Source: Harriotta raleighana
Taxonomy: Eukaryota
NCBI GenBank assembly: GCA_050575255.1
Contig: JBNZDD010013549.1
Location: 62,001 to 126,000, forward strand
DNA: 64,000 nt
Reading direction: 5' to 3'
The notes under the pieces were generated by a model, which was not told the origin of the DNA, did not search any database, and saw only the letters and a program-made list of their open reading frames with translations. Of this stretch, positions 1 to 12,579 are shown in pieces. The position numbers and the translations under genes are program-made. How positions within the stretch are numbered: the first letter of the stretch is position 1; each line of letters opens with the position of its first letter.

Positions 1-175
1 ATGGGAAGTTTGGCTGATTTGCTTTCACTCTCTCTTGTTAATGTGGGGCATTGAGGCAGATTGAGGCAGATTGCACCTCCACTGCTCACTCACCTGAGAT
101 CAGATAAGTCACTCAACACAGGTCAGCGATCGAACCTGGAACCTTCTGCTTCTGTGTGGTTCCTTTTCACATGAA
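1..175 (-). mobile_element. AmnSINE2-like ancient SINE, 5' part
   Basis: CCTGAGATCAGATAAGTCACTCAACACAGGTCAGCGATCGAACCTGGAACCTT is the reverse complement of a GGTTCGATC..GTGCTGAGTTAGCTGATCTCAG core that recurs in many copies in this window. Confidence 0.6.
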
Positions 176-303
176 GCAACTTGCTCCAGGGTAATCTGCA
201 TAGAATTTCAACGAGCATTCGTCCCTCATAGCACAGAGCATTAAGTTTGGAAAATCCTGCAGTAGGGTTGCTTGCACCTGCTATTTTTGTTCAGTATTTT
301 ACT

Positions 304-371
304 CAACAGCAACAAACAACACACAAAATTACATTTGTATAGCGCCTTTCACGTAGGGAGGATGTCCCAAG
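304..371 (-). mobile_element. Ultrashort L2 LINE 3' tail
   Basis: (CAA)n-AAAATTACATTTGTATAGCGCCTTTCACGT..GGAGGATGTCCCAAG matches the reverse complement of the L2 3' ends at 28805-28868 and 60545-60600. Confidence 0.8.
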
Positions 372-708
372 GTCTGGTGCCACAGTTAAAGGTGAAGAAA
401 GCAATGCAAGCAAGCCTTACAATTTTTACACTCACATTTGAGTATGGCCTCCTACTCCTTGTTTGGGCTAGGAAAGGTAGGAAGGAGTCAGGTCCTTTTT
501 TTGCGATGCTTGATATTTTTCAAAGCCACGTTTATCCTGAGTTTCCCGAAATTGCAGGGAATCTCTACAGTCAGGAGAAAAAGCTCTAATTTGTAACTTG
601 GAAAAAATTGGGCCTGCTTTGAGAATGAGGATGTGCAATCATTTCCGTGCTGATGTCATGAATTCCACCTCACAAAGTAAAGGGTGCGTGATCAATAGGG
701 CACAACAG

Positions 709-1160
709 TCTCAGGATTTACTATAAAAACATGTTTATTCAGATTGAATCCCCGCTCTGTTCTGAACTATCTGATTTTGGTTACTCCCAACATCTTGTAT
801 TTAGTTAGGCCCAATCACATAATGATCTCAGAACGCTTCACAAAGACAGGGTTGGAACCCGAGGGGATGAGAGTGGAGGACAGTGGCGGTGGGGATGTGT
901 GGGGGGTAGTGTGATCTGAGCTTCTCTGGCTGGAATTTCTGCTCCTGATCTCTATGTGGTGAACCCTGCTGGAATATAAATGTGTGAGTTGATGTGCTCA
1001 CAAATGCTCCTTATTGTGATGCTCTCTATAGTCGAANTCTCAGGATTTACTATAAAAACATGTTTATTCAGATTGAATCCCCGCTCTGTTCTGAACTATC
1101 TGATTTTGGTTACTCCCAACATCTTGTATTTAGTTAGGCCCAATCACATAATGATCTCAG
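709..1160. repeat. 123-bp exact direct duplication (709-831 / 1038-1160) at single-N join (N at 1037)
   Basis: Identical copies; the second starts immediately after the N. Confidence 0.9.
880..1035 (+). mobile_element. AmnSINE2-like remnant
   Basis: CTGCTCCTGATCTCTATGTGGTGAACCCTGCTGGAA..TGTGTG resembles the CTGCTCCTCATCGCTATCCAG..CCC core at 62725. Confidence 0.5.
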
Positions 1161-3039
1161 TAAACTGTATTTTAAACTAACCACCTTCGAGCAGTCAGTG
1201 AAAAATATGCAAGAGAAATGGGGAAGAAATAAAACGAAGTATAATACTTTGTCATAATTCTTTCTCTTTGAGCGAAAAATAAAAGCACTTGAAATCGGTT
1301 TGTTGAATCAACTGTGAAATTCACTCCAGAAAGCGTCAGGTAACCTGAAGCTGAAATCCTGTCACGAAAAAACAGAAAATATTTAGATTTGACAGGTTGG
1401 GTCAAACCGTTCATTAAATCAAGTATCACCTTCGGAGCATGAATGCTTCAATTCTATGGATGTAACATTGGTAGTTTAGGCGGGGGGTGGGGGGGGAGGA
1501 AAAGAGGGAAATGGAAATACAGAACTACAGTATTACTCCTTCTCTTGGTCTGAGTATTTCAGACATGATGTCACCTTTACTCTCCAGTGATGTAGAATCA
1601 GCAGATGTCAGACTGTAACTGATGACCTCCCTCACAGTATACTGGTAATTACCTCAACTTACCAGTTTCACCCCATTGTCATACACCTCATTGATACCTG
1701 AAGCCATTAACATTCCTTGAATTGTGTTTGATCTCAGTTTATGGAGGAATTGAATGCCACACATTAGTTCAGCCCTTTGGGGCTTTAGCTAAGCATTTGT
1801 GTCTCCAACAACAGTTTAATCACGGACAATGTTTACTAATCAGTATTAAATGGCTGGACTGTGTTAACAGCTAAGAAAATGGTTTGTTTAGCTTTCGTAC
1901 GAGTGACAGTTTTGTAACTGTAATGCGATGATTTCAATCTCCAGCATCATTTAAGAGTAAAAAGAATCTTTTGTACAGGACAACATAAGCAATACAATAA
2001 ATACTCAACAGAAAAATTATGTGGGATCCTAAGAGAACAGTCAGAGTTATCTCAGATGCCTAACTAATAAGTGTTTATGTTATGTTACCTTTTTATCCTA
2101 TGTGTTGTCCAGTTATCTCAATGTTGCCTTTTTGACCTCCTAACCAAATAGTTGATGAACCCTTCTCATTTGTGTTCGGTTTGGGCTCACAACTCATTTG
2201 CCCGAAGCAGTTTCACTGTCAGCAAAGTGAATGAATTGCAAACGAATGATTTTGACATTAGTAAGAATAAGAATAAATCTGCCTCATCTGCTGAAAAGGC
2301 TGTTTTTCCTCTTTCTTTCTGCCTTACAGCTGATTTTGTGTGCAGTTTAAAACTCTGTCAGCACATCTGCCTCTGTGAATTCAATGTACAGTGTGCAGAA
2401 TGCAAAAATCGAATCGAGAAGTAACACGGTACATAGTGGTGAATAGATAGATTATACCTGCAATCGATGTCTTCATCAAAACTTCTGCAGCTTCCAGTCT
2501 CCAGTTCCAAGCTACATATATATCTTTATATATTGGATGGAGGGGTGGAAACAACATTTGCTATACTTTCCACATCAAGAAATCCCAGTTGAAAGTGCTA
2601 GTCTTTGGACTCCTTTGTGTTGAATTTCAAAGGTATACATAAATGAGAAAATGATACGTTAGTATTTTTGTCAAGTATATACTTCCTATGCACTGAATAT
2701 TTGTACAAATGGCAGACATTTCGCCTAACTATTTAAGCATTGCACACACTGCCCCAATTCAGGTGAACAAACTGTTTCAGATTCTGTCGGCTGTTTTTAT
2801 TTCCGTGGGGTGAACAGCGGAATTATTGGAATCTCGTAGGAAAAAAAGGAACTGATATATTGCAACTGTCTTTTTCAGCTGAAAATTGCTGTACAAATAT
2901 ACCAAGTGGTGCTCGTGGAACCACAGCACGAAGTATGAGAAGGGTTAAAAGAGAAAGATCTGAACTTTTTCGGAATAGTTAATTGCTCATGTCCTGTTTT
3001 CCTATTAAATGTTCTGACTTATTAAGCAGCTGCTTTGCT

Positions 3040-3345
3040 AATTACAGCAGCTGGAATGCTCCAGCGAGTCTCTCTGATGAACTACCGTCAGGGTGGTGAG
3101 CATCTGGAGAGATGGAAGCGGGCTTTGCTCTGCCTTCCCCAGTTGCTGTTTGTCAGTCTCAGTGTTCAGGACAGTTAGCGAGCAAAGAAACCATGAAGTT
3201 TGGCTTTGGTTGCCTTGCGCTTCGGGATCTTCAGTGCTCATCGGTGTTGTTCGGGAATAACTCTGCTCCTCACTGGATCAATTCAAATCCGAGGCACTGC
3301 GGCTTTGTGCACTGTTCTATATTCTGGCTCATCGGTAAAACATTG
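3040..3345 (-). mobile_element. Decayed non-LTR retrotransposon ORF remnant, Vingi/Ingi/I-like post-RT region
   Basis: Across frames: IEQCTKPQCLGFEL (~PKYLGVTLD), LTNSNWG (~LAGTTWG), LTTLTVVH..LEHSS (~LALVYS.AEY), in the expected order. Confidence 0.35.
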
Positions 3346-3964
3346 TAAGTGTCCAAATCAGTTATGTCCTTCATGTGAATCATCATCAGGTGAAGAAACA
3401 AATACACCACGAGATGCTTGACTGTTTAATAAAACACACTGCCAAGTCTGTGCATGTGGCATTTCGCGGATGGGGAAGGGGAAAAAGCGTACGTACTTTA
3501 ATTGGTACCTTTAATGGTTGCTACAGTGTGTTTTATTGCTGTGAGTCAATTAAACGAAATCATGTATTGACTGAAAATGAGAAGGCCCACGTCAGATCTA
3601 AACCATTGCACATTTCCAGTGGCTTAAGAGTTCTTTTTCTATTGCTGTAGCTCTCTTGGATAGAATTAAAATACTATGTAGAGTGTTGCAAGCTAGCTAT
3701 AACATCTTAAAGGAAAGACTTTGGGCAGGGCTATCCTGATGGATGAGTGGAATGGATGAGTCAGAAATGTACTCTCCAGCGTGTTCTTTAAGCCGTAAAG
3801 ATGAGGGTGAAATAATGTATATTTCATTGTGAGTTTAAAATAATAATATGAGCATTTGGTATAGCACTTTTTCATATCAGAGAGACATACGATTTTACCT
3901 TGAAGTCCAATGCCTATGTATTTTGTAGTTAGAATACATATGATGGGAAATCGTAATTCACATG

Positions 3965-4152
3965 AAGAAAAAAATTATAAATTGGTCGCAGCAACCTACG
4001 ACTGTTTGTGTGACACAGCTGTACACAATTGGCTGCTGCGTTTCGCCAACAAAATACAGTCAATTCACTCTACAGTATATTCTGTGAAGCGCTTTGAGAT
4101 GTCTAGGAGATGTGAAAAGCTCTATATCAAATGCAAGGATTATTATTACTTA
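3965..4152 (+). mobile_element. tRNA-derived L2-tailed SINE, 3' half
   Basis: ACGACTGTTTGTG..AATTGGCTGCTGCGTTTCGCC..CAGTCAATTCACTCTACAGTATATTCTGTGAAGCGCTTTGAGATGTCTAG..CAAATGCAAGGATTATTATT shared with >8 copies. Confidence 0.9.
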
Positions 4153-4624
4153 CTATCCTCACTGTCTTGCAGTTTTATGCATTTACAGTAGGAATTGTGA
4201 ATGTTGCAAGCAGAAAATTGTAAAATTGATTGAAGAAATGTTCCCTTTCTCTCTTTCTCTTCCATTCTTGCAACATTATACTGTACATCTCTTAATGCAC
4301 ACAATTTCCTCTTGCATGGTATCACAGGGATGTTGGCAACCATGGATGGGTTAGGTCATTAAGTTTGTCGTAAGAGGGGAAAAAATAGATATTAAAAATT
4401 TAAAACCAGACATAGTTTAGCACAAAAACATATAATTTTCCCCCTTTCATCTTGAATTTCAGAAATTCTTTACCATTGAAGATAACCCCAAGCATCCTGG
4501 ATACACAAGGAGATATTTCTGTAATCGCAAACTAGGAAGCAAGATACAGCCTATGATGCTGCTTATTTTTTCTGCCTTTTCAATAGATACAGAAATGAGT
4601 GCATATGGATTCTCATACACTTCC

Positions 4625-4790
4625 CCTATAAAGATCCCATGGCACTATTCAAAAAAAAAGGGAGTTTCTCTTCCCAATGTTCTGACCAACAATCCATATA
4701 AAAATAACTTAGTCATTCACTCAACAGATGTTTGTGGAACATTGCTGTGCGCAAACTGGCTGATGCGTTTTGCCCACAAAAATACACAGT
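4625..4790 (+). mobile_element. Deu-domain SINE fragment
   Basis: AAAGATCCCATGGCACTATTC-A(n)-GGGAGTTTCTCTTCCCAATGTTCTGACCAAC is typical Deu-domain sequence, followed by the TGTTTGTGG..TTGCTGTGCGCAAA segment. Confidence 0.7.
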
Positions 4791-4804
4791 GAAAACCACA
4801 TTAC

Positions 4805-5116
4805 AGTAGTAGTAATACATAATAATAATCCTTGCATTTGATATAGTGCTTTCCACATCTTCGAGACACATCTCAAAGTGCTTCAGAGAAAATATCGTAA
4901 AGTGAATTGACTGAATATTGTGAGCGAAATGCGGCAGCCATTTGCACACAGCAGTGTGTCACAAACAGTTGTGAAAAATGGCCAATTTATTACTGTTTCT
5001 TGATGAATTATTGTCAGGCATGTGTGTGGAGTAAAGAAATCTGACCTGACTGGAATTGAACCCTGGTCTCTTGCTGCTAAGGCGAATGCTCTAACCATTG
5101 AGCTACAGTACTCCAC
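4805..5116 (-). mobile_element. Full-length tRNA-derived L2-tailed SINE
   Basis: Minus-strand head GTGGAGTACTGTAGCTCAATGGTTAGAGC (A box)..GGTTCAATTCC (B box), body, and L2-like tail ending (TTA)n. Confidence 0.9.
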
Positions 5117-5600
5117 AATAATAATACTGTATAATAAAAATAATATAACAATATCAATACTAATTATAATGATATAATACTAATTATACTAACAATAATA
5201 TAATAACAAAACATTATGAATAGTTAATATAAATCATAATTAATCATTATTAATTAGATGTATAGTAATACATTGATAATATANTCAATACTAATTATAA
5301 TGATATAATACTAATTATACTAACAATAATATAAGAACAAAACATTATGAATAGTTAATATAAATCAGAATTAATCATTATTAATTAGATATATAATAAT
5401 ACATTTATCAGTATAATTATTAGTATAATTATTATACTACTGTATAATAATAATGTAATAACAAGAAAGCTCCATGTGAGCCTTCAATACAGCTCAGATT
5501 CTCTTCCTGTCATTCTTCTGGGAACAATAATAATATATAATTATTATAATATAATAATAATATTATAATATAGTTATATAATAACAGTATATCCTGTGAA
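5117..5600. repeat. AT-rich low-complexity tract containing a ~120-bp duplication (5154-5274 / 5285-5405) across N at 5284
   Basis: Near-pure A/T (ATA)-rich sequence; the two copies differ by about 4 substitutions. Confidence 0.85.
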
Positions 5601-6639
5601 GCTCTTTATGTCCCAACAACATGATAATGCACTATATCAAATACATGGATTGTTACTATAAAGTTCAGAAAGTCAATGATGGAATGCAATATATACTGTA
5701 TATATGTAACATTTTCCTTCTTGCTTTAATTTTGTATTATTTTTGCCCATTATATGGCAGTTTCAAAGTCAAATAATGTATTTAAACCACCCACTCACAC
5801 ACAATCACAGCTACAGTACAGTACTTGTATTTATATGTGGCTTTCACGTGCGCTTGTGTCTCTGAGTGGCCTAACCTAATAAATGGAGCCAAATAATCTG
5901 CCGATTGCTCAGTTTCACACCAGGTGATAGATATGCCAGTAAATCATCCCACAGCATCCATGATAATCGTCAGTCTTACTTCTAGATATCAAAATAGCTA
6001 ATGGAAAACAATCCAATACAGCTCTGACAGTGCTCTTAAGAGGACCATTATGCTAAGGGGAGCTCAGCAATGATGCTTGGATCTGAGAGACCTCGAGTTC
6101 TCAGACATTGTGTCACTAGTCGTAGGGGATTCATCATCATAGGGGAATGTGGTAATTAGAAGAGCCAGGATGCTTGTTATGTTCCCAAGTCATCAAGGAG
6201 GCACCTCAAGGTCAAAAGGGTCAGTGACTACTTTCATTCTCATCCTGGTGCTTTGTGATACCCAAGAAAATATGTAGCCCCATCCATGACCTCAGTACCT
6301 GATTACATTTCTCAGGAAGTAAGTGTTCAAGATAGTCACTATGTCCATCACTGCTGCCATCAATCTCAAAGGTCCCCATTTCTATACATCCCAGGGAGAG
6401 CCATACTTGCATCAATATTACAAGGCTGAACTCACTTTCTAATGTGTGTGGAAATGCTCCAGTGGGGTAGAAAGAATTTGACAGAGTGGAGGCGGTTTTT
6501 TCAAAAATGGCATTGTTTATCGATTGGGATGTGCAACAGATACAGCTCATAACATCAGTCTTTGGAAGCTCCAGACAGCAATGGTAGTTCTACTGTCAAA
6601 CATGAGAAACAAACGTTCGAGAGACCTTTGGCCAATAAG

Positions 6640-6960
6640 ATTACGCAGTAACCGCAGAGATCAGGAGCTTGTTGACTGAGCTCCGAGTCTGCTCTTTTGA
6701 GCATATTTTTTTTCTCAACAATCCATCTGCTGGAACTGTGATTTCTTTGGCAGACGAGCTAGGCGGGAATTTGATGAGTGTGATTTCTTGGTGTCACTTG
6801 GAGACTAAAGAGTTAGGAAAGTCGACCTGTTCGAATTATGTAATTTGCCTCGTATGAGGTTTGTCCTCAGTGGCAAAACATACTTGCAGATTGATATACG
6901 AGGAAGAAAGGTTTTTGTTTCACCCCCAAGGAAGTGAAACATTACTTTATCGTAGCTCTA
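6640..6960 (+). mobile_element. Decayed RTE-clade LINE, RT N-terminal region
   Basis: Translation KELGKSTCSNYVICLV*GLSSVAKHTCRLIYE resembles KKGDKSDCxNYRGISLLSxAGKxxARI. Confidence 0.5.
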
Positions 6961-8184
6961 GAATTTTTTCCTTTACTTCGTTTTGGAAAGAGAACTTTTT
7001 TTTTTACAACAAGGCCATGTGTTCCTTCCATATTTTTTTCCCTTCAGTTTTTCTGAACCCATAGCTAAAGCAATGATGAATCTAACATTCGATCGGGTCT
7101 GTTTTATGGAATAGGCATAGAATGGAAGAATCATATTGTTAAATTTCTGTACACCCATAAAAAGGCTTTTCACAAAACAAACTCACAGTTAACACTAACA
7201 AAACAACAAAGCGCAGTTGAAAGAGTTTTTTTTTATGTGCAGCTGTGATTTTGCACTTGTTGAAACACGTATCAACAACCTCGCTGAAAATGAAGCTTTG
7301 GCTTGTGTAATGCTCTGAAGAATTAAAAGCTTGTTACTGTGTTTAAAAATATGTAAAAACTAAATAATTCATTTAACTGTATGATTTTTTAAAAAAGGAT
7401 AAAGGAACATTATGAATAGTTTTGTAACCTGACAGAGCTGAGCTAAGTAATTGTTAGCACATAATAACTTACAATCCAAGACTTAAATTAATCAAACATT
7501 CTGAGTGAATTGATCAGATAGGAACTAATCTGTTCAAACATTCTTTTACTGTTACATTAAGTACAATATGCCTTTTATGTAGGAAAAGACAGCTTTTCTA
7601 CAATGGATATAACACACAGTATTAACCAATATATTGCAGGAATTATTCCATAAAGTGTCACTGTATTTCATTCTGAAAACCTTGACTTTTAAAAAAAAAA
7701 TTACAAGTTCTGTACTGTAAATCAGACCGGTACTTTGAATGAATTCGCCCTCTATTATATAAGAAATATTCAAAGTGACATTTCATTCTCCGCATGAACA
7801 CAAATGCGTAAGTAAACACCTGAGATTCCTAACTTACTGAGAAACCCTGGATTTCGATTGCAGTGTTCTAAATGAAATTTTTTGGACTGCAAATGCACTA
7901 ATTATTCACATTTTGTCACCCGAGCATCTTTGCTTCCAGTCCAACACAAGTAATGGAGGTAATGACTGATGGCTCTCAGGAAGTAGTGAGGTGAGATGCC
8001 TCAGTAACAAAACAGCTGTATTGAAAATGGCATATTGGCTGAATGAAATGATGAATTCTCCAATACACATTTGAATGCACTTGTGGTCAAAGTAAAAAGA
8101 ATAATACGTTATTATTTGAGAATTTCTAACATCGGGGCTTTATTCATTGATTGCATTCTCTCTAAAGTTACAGACAGGAGGCGA

Positions 8185-8480
8185 CCGTACATGATATGGT
8201 TCCCTCCTGTACCTCGTCCAAATCACCGTCCTTCATGCGAGACTCTTGTGAGACGAGACACTCCCAACAGAGTGAATGTCAGCAGGATATTTCACCAGGG
8301 CCACTTCCGCGCTCAGTCTAATCCAGTCCTCACCTGACCTTCATGCTTGCAAACTTTCCAAAATGAGTTACTGGAAAGAGTCAGGAGAACTGTGACTAAC
8401 TCCGCAACTTTTTTTTTGCCATCTGCAGAAGTTTTAATGATCATATATTAATGGTCCTATTGAGTACCACCTTTGCACAT
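8185..8480 (-). mobile_element. AmnSINE2-like remnant
   Basis: GTACCTCGTCCAAAT..CTTCATGCGAG..GTGAATGTCAGCAGGATATTT..CCAGTCCTCACCTGAC..ACTTTCCA..TTACTGGAAAGAGTCAGGAG is the reverse complement of the SINE 3' half. Confidence 0.6.
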
Positions 8481-8984
8481 AGAAAGTCGCTGTCACTAAA
8501 ATATAAATATTTATAACCTGGATAGATGCTTGAAATTTTTACGACTATTCCTCAGAATAATATTTCAACGCTTCCGTTTTAGAAATCTCATGGAGATTTC
8601 TTCTCAAACCTTCTTCGAGATTTGATGAGCTGACCTGAGTCTCTCTGAGTGCTCTCTTTATCTCTCCCTTTTTCCCTCTCAATTTTTCCCCTCGAATTTT
8701 ATTTTCAGCAATAAAACTGATGGTGTTTTGCCAATTGATATCCAGTAGAAGCTGGTTTGTTATGAAAAGCCTGGATCTGGCTATTCTCTGCATGACAGTT
8801 TCACCTACTAACTCGTTCTCTACTGTTTTGTACCACAGGGCTCGCTCACTAGATTGAAAATTAAAGACCTTTAGAAGTGCTATTGGTAATTTAAGGAGAT
8901 TAATATACAGTGCAAAGGTCTATTGCAGAAATGAAAATGCCAAAACTATAAATGCCAAAAATTCAAAGAGTGGCCACAGAATAT

Positions 8985-9420
8985 TCCCAAATATGTCTCT
9001 CCTTGGCTCTTGTCTCCCAGGAAAAATACACAAAGATTCCTTCAAATCTCCTTCAAGTTCTTCTTCGAGTTGTTTTTATATCTGCTTCAGTGGTTTAAGA
9101 GAGCATTCCCCCTTTCATCAGTTGGGGGGATAAAACCTCTTTGAACACAATCTCTGACCAGTAATGCCAACCATTTCTGATCTGCCGAGAACTTCAGTTT
9201 TGTGACCTTTCCCTATTGTTCCAATATGAACCCAACACTGTGTTGGGTGAAACTTTCAGAATTGTTCATGTGTCAACTGTTTAATTTGGGAGAAAATGTT
9301 GTCTATACCTTTCGGGTACCAGATTATTCCTCTCTTTTATGACTATGTTCTCCAGTTCTTTGGCCAGGTTTCCTACACGCTTCGTAATAATAATATTAAT
9401 AATAATCCTACATTTGATAA
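8985..9420 (-). mobile_element. Decayed CR1 LINE 3' remnant
   Basis: Pyrimidine-rich segment resembling the reverse complement of a CR1 3' end; compare the plus-strand remnants at 19370 and 50930. Confidence 0.4.
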
Positions 9421-10164
9421 AGAGCATTTTTTTGGTGTGGGTAAACTTTAGCAGCTATTTTGATTTCTACCTGAAGTCTCTTTGGTTCAAGAAATCCACC
9501 CATACACATAACCAGCTCTTGTTCTGAANAGCTCTTCACCAATCTGTTAATCCATAAATTGAGGCATTGAAGTAAAAAGTATACTGTGAGCAAAACATAG
9601 CATATGAGCAACGAATGAAGCCAAAGCAAGATTTATTAGATTTATTAAACCGTTAGATGCCTCATTGGGATGATTTTAGGTATCATGGGCCAGAAAGATG
9701 ATACATCAGTTTCCTCTTACCATTTCAAAACAGGGTATTAACTCATTCTGAGACTTTCTTATGTGCCTTTGGATCATTAATGGGTGATTAATGGTGCAGA
9801 CTACAGGACAAAGGGTAGAAGGTCACCTAAGATCAACAGCAGTGCACTGGAGCTGAAAAAATACGTTATTTATAAGTGAAATAACATGCTGTAGATGGGA
9901 ATTAATTGTCTGAGAAATTCTCTATGTGGAATCAAAATTAATGTAGATAAATTCTCACTGTGATTTGCTCATAAATACAATAAAAATGTGCATGATGCTT
10001 TCAGCAATATCTCAGGTGAATAAATCTGTCACTTTCGAAAGGCCTGCTGAAAATGGAAATATGTTATTTTTAATTTTAAAGCCTCCCCTGATACTTTCAC
10101 ATGTTTGAATGAATTCTTGTTTTTTAAACATACCTTCACTACAGCAAAGCAGAGTATGTCAGCA

Positions 10165-10920
10165 GCAACAACAACAACAACAAAATTACATTTATAGAGC
10201 GCCTTTCACGTCGGGCGCTAAACAGTCAGGGGTTGGGACCTGAGCATGGGAAAGGGGCAGGGAAGTGGGGAGGAGGAGGGGTGACAGGTGGGAGAGCAGC
10301 AGAAGATACAATCAAAAAGGAGAGTCTTGAGACTAGCCTTGAAGGAGGCAAGGGAGGAAATGAGGCAAAGGGTCTGTGAGATGGAGTTCCACATTGGTGG
10401 GGCAGAGATGCTGGAATCCCATCCACCAATGGTATGGTGGGTCGGATGTGGGACATGGATCAGATAAGAGCCCGCTGAATGGAGGGGAATGCAGCTTGGT
10501 TAGGAGTCAGCAGATTGGTGAGATAGGAAGGGGCAAGGCCATGAACGGCCTTGAAAGTAAGGATGAGGATCTTGAATTTGATCCTCTGGGGGATGGGGAG
10601 CCAATGGAGCCGGGTGAGGGTAGGAATCAAGGGGTCAAGGAGCCTGGTGCGGGAGAGGACGCGAGTTGCAGAGTTTTGGATGATCTGCAGCTTGTGAAGG
10701 GAAGAGCTGGGATGGCCGTAGAGGAGGGAGTTTCCATATTCAAGCCTTGAAGTGACGAATGCATGAGGGTGAGGGTGTCGGAAACCTGAAGGGTGAGACA
10801 GTGACGGATTCTGACAATATTACAGAGGTGGTGGAAGGCACTGCTGGTCATGGTGCGGATATAGGGGAGAAAGGACAGCTCAGGGTCAAACAAGATACCT
10901 AGGTTCCTGACTGGCTTCAT
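10165..10920 (-). mobile_element. L2 LINE 3' fragment (ORF2 C-terminus + tail)
   Basis: Minus ORF VRNLGILFDPELSFLPYIR..SAFHHLCNI.RIR; WLP...RIKFKIL.LTFKA.HGLAP; (TTG)n tail. Confidence 0.92.
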
Positions 10921-11849
10921 GAGGTTTCATGAGTAACAATGAAGCCAAAGTATTGAGGATGGTTCTAGTGCTCTAATTGCTCCTTGCCTGAGGCCAGTGC
11001 AGAGCTAGAGATTCGAATCTGCTACCTTCCAGTCTGTATATTGTTGTTGTTGCTGCTGCTGTGTGGCTTCACTCTGCTCTCGGGAGTTCCAGCTTTGCAT
11101 GTTACACTTTTTGTGTAGAACCTGTCATCAAAAAGTTGGATTGCAATAGTTCTACTGAAGAAAGAGTTTAGTGATTTTTGGATGTAATGTATGTCTAAAC
11201 ATATGGCATTTTTTTTTTAGCACAATGCAGTTTATTTAACAGCGGTTTGGGATTTTCCTCCTGGGTTTTCAGATGCCAGTCACAACTTTATGAAATACTG
11301 AACATCATTAAGAATGCATAGTTTAACATGACTTCTGCTGTTATTCTTGGCACCTCGCACAATTGCCCCCAAGTAAGCACTCTCAGCATGATGCGTTTGT
11401 TAATGAAGCTATAATGAATATAATGTAAGAATTAATATGATATTACCAATTAAGGAATCTTACTCAGACAATTATTGCTATTATCCACTAGAATAATATA
11501 CCTCGAGTGTTAATCCAAATTGTAAAAGCCATTAAAATATTTTAGTTGTGGTTAGAAATTCTATATCTGCTGCATTTAAATATGCCATTGGAATTCCATA
11601 ACAAAGTGTTTATTCTACTGAATAACCAGCCAGGAAAGGGGCAATTTTTCTCAACATTTTTGACCATAGATTTTACTTTGTGGTAAGTTTGAATGGCTGC
11701 CAGACAACAAACACAAGCAGGTGGAAAATAAATTGTTTCCGCTTAAACATTGATCTCTCCAGAGACTTCAAAACGCTCTTAACAGGCTCACCGTGGTATC
11801 AATTACTAACTTTAATAAAAACCCAGGGCCCAATATTTCTGTGCTTGCT

Positions 11850-12420
11850 ACTTCTAACATCAATGTCAAGCAGCGTAAACAGGGGCAGAATGCCAACGTG
11901 AGATTCTTCTGTGTTTAGCGCAACTCACAGCATTACAGTGCAGTGAAACCAGAGTAAAAGTCCTTAGCAAGGACAATTTAGTTTGTTAAGGTCTCAATGG
12001 ATGAATTGTGCATTTGAAACGGTTCACTGAAAAATGTGTACCTCCAGGTCATACTTGGAGTTACTCAGCTCAATGAAGGGACAATTTAAAAGTATTGCAA
12101 CGGCAATGAGTTCACGTAAAGTGTAGTTTTCTAGCTGCAAAATCTCTCCATTGGAGGAGGAGAACGGTATGAGATCGCAGCAGGAAGGTTGCTTGGGAAG
12201 CTCTTGACTGGAAACGGATCTCTTCGTCAAATACAAGGACGGTGGATGGGAAGGAATGCGTAAGGAGGCTGAAGATTGCCAGGAGAGTGGTGATTTGGGT
12301 GTGTCCGCTGCTCTGTGAAGTTCCCACAAAATCAATACCGTTGCCCCGAAGCTTCTTTTCAGGCCTAGAAGTGACGATTGAGACACAGTGATTTCACGAT
12401 GTAAAATCTTTTCGGCAGTA
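11850..12420 (-). mobile_element. Decayed RTE-clade LINE, RT end / post-RT region
   Basis: Frameshifted motifs in order: LLGLKRSFGATVL (~GLxLNxxKTKVL), DEEIRFQSRASQATF..KL (~DEEIxxRxxxASxAFxxL..TKL), IAVAILLN, LEVHIFQ, TN*IVLA. Confidence 0.5.
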
Positions 12421-12579
12421 TTTTCATTTTGCTTTATTGACACGTTCATTGGATTTGCATGCAGCCTTTTACTGTCTCACTTATCATCGTTCTTTGGAAA
12501 GACTGTTACGGGTACACGTTCATATGCATTATTCCGAGCATTCTTTCAGAACATTGCTTTAGCACATTTACAGTTCCCA

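Noticed and set aside
1560-1720. LF-SINE-like 3' fragment on the minus strand
   Set aside because: Similarity too short and degenerate to support by eye
2330-2421. Exon after strong acceptor TTTCTTTCTGCCTTACAG
   Set aside because: Weak donor and an unrecognisable peptide; insufficient support
5117-5600. Biological minisatellite or CRISPR-like array
   Set aside because: Low-complexity AT tract; the only long repeat abuts an N join; no repeat-spacer periodicity anywhere in the window
10376-10750. Acidic/Gly-rich 124-aa ORF and its look-alike at 28125-28499 as a protein family
   Set aside because: Both are antisense frames of L2 ORF2
12024-12449. 141-aa ORF as a coding exon
   Set aside because: No convincing splice sites; motifs switch frames and match a decayed RTE LINE
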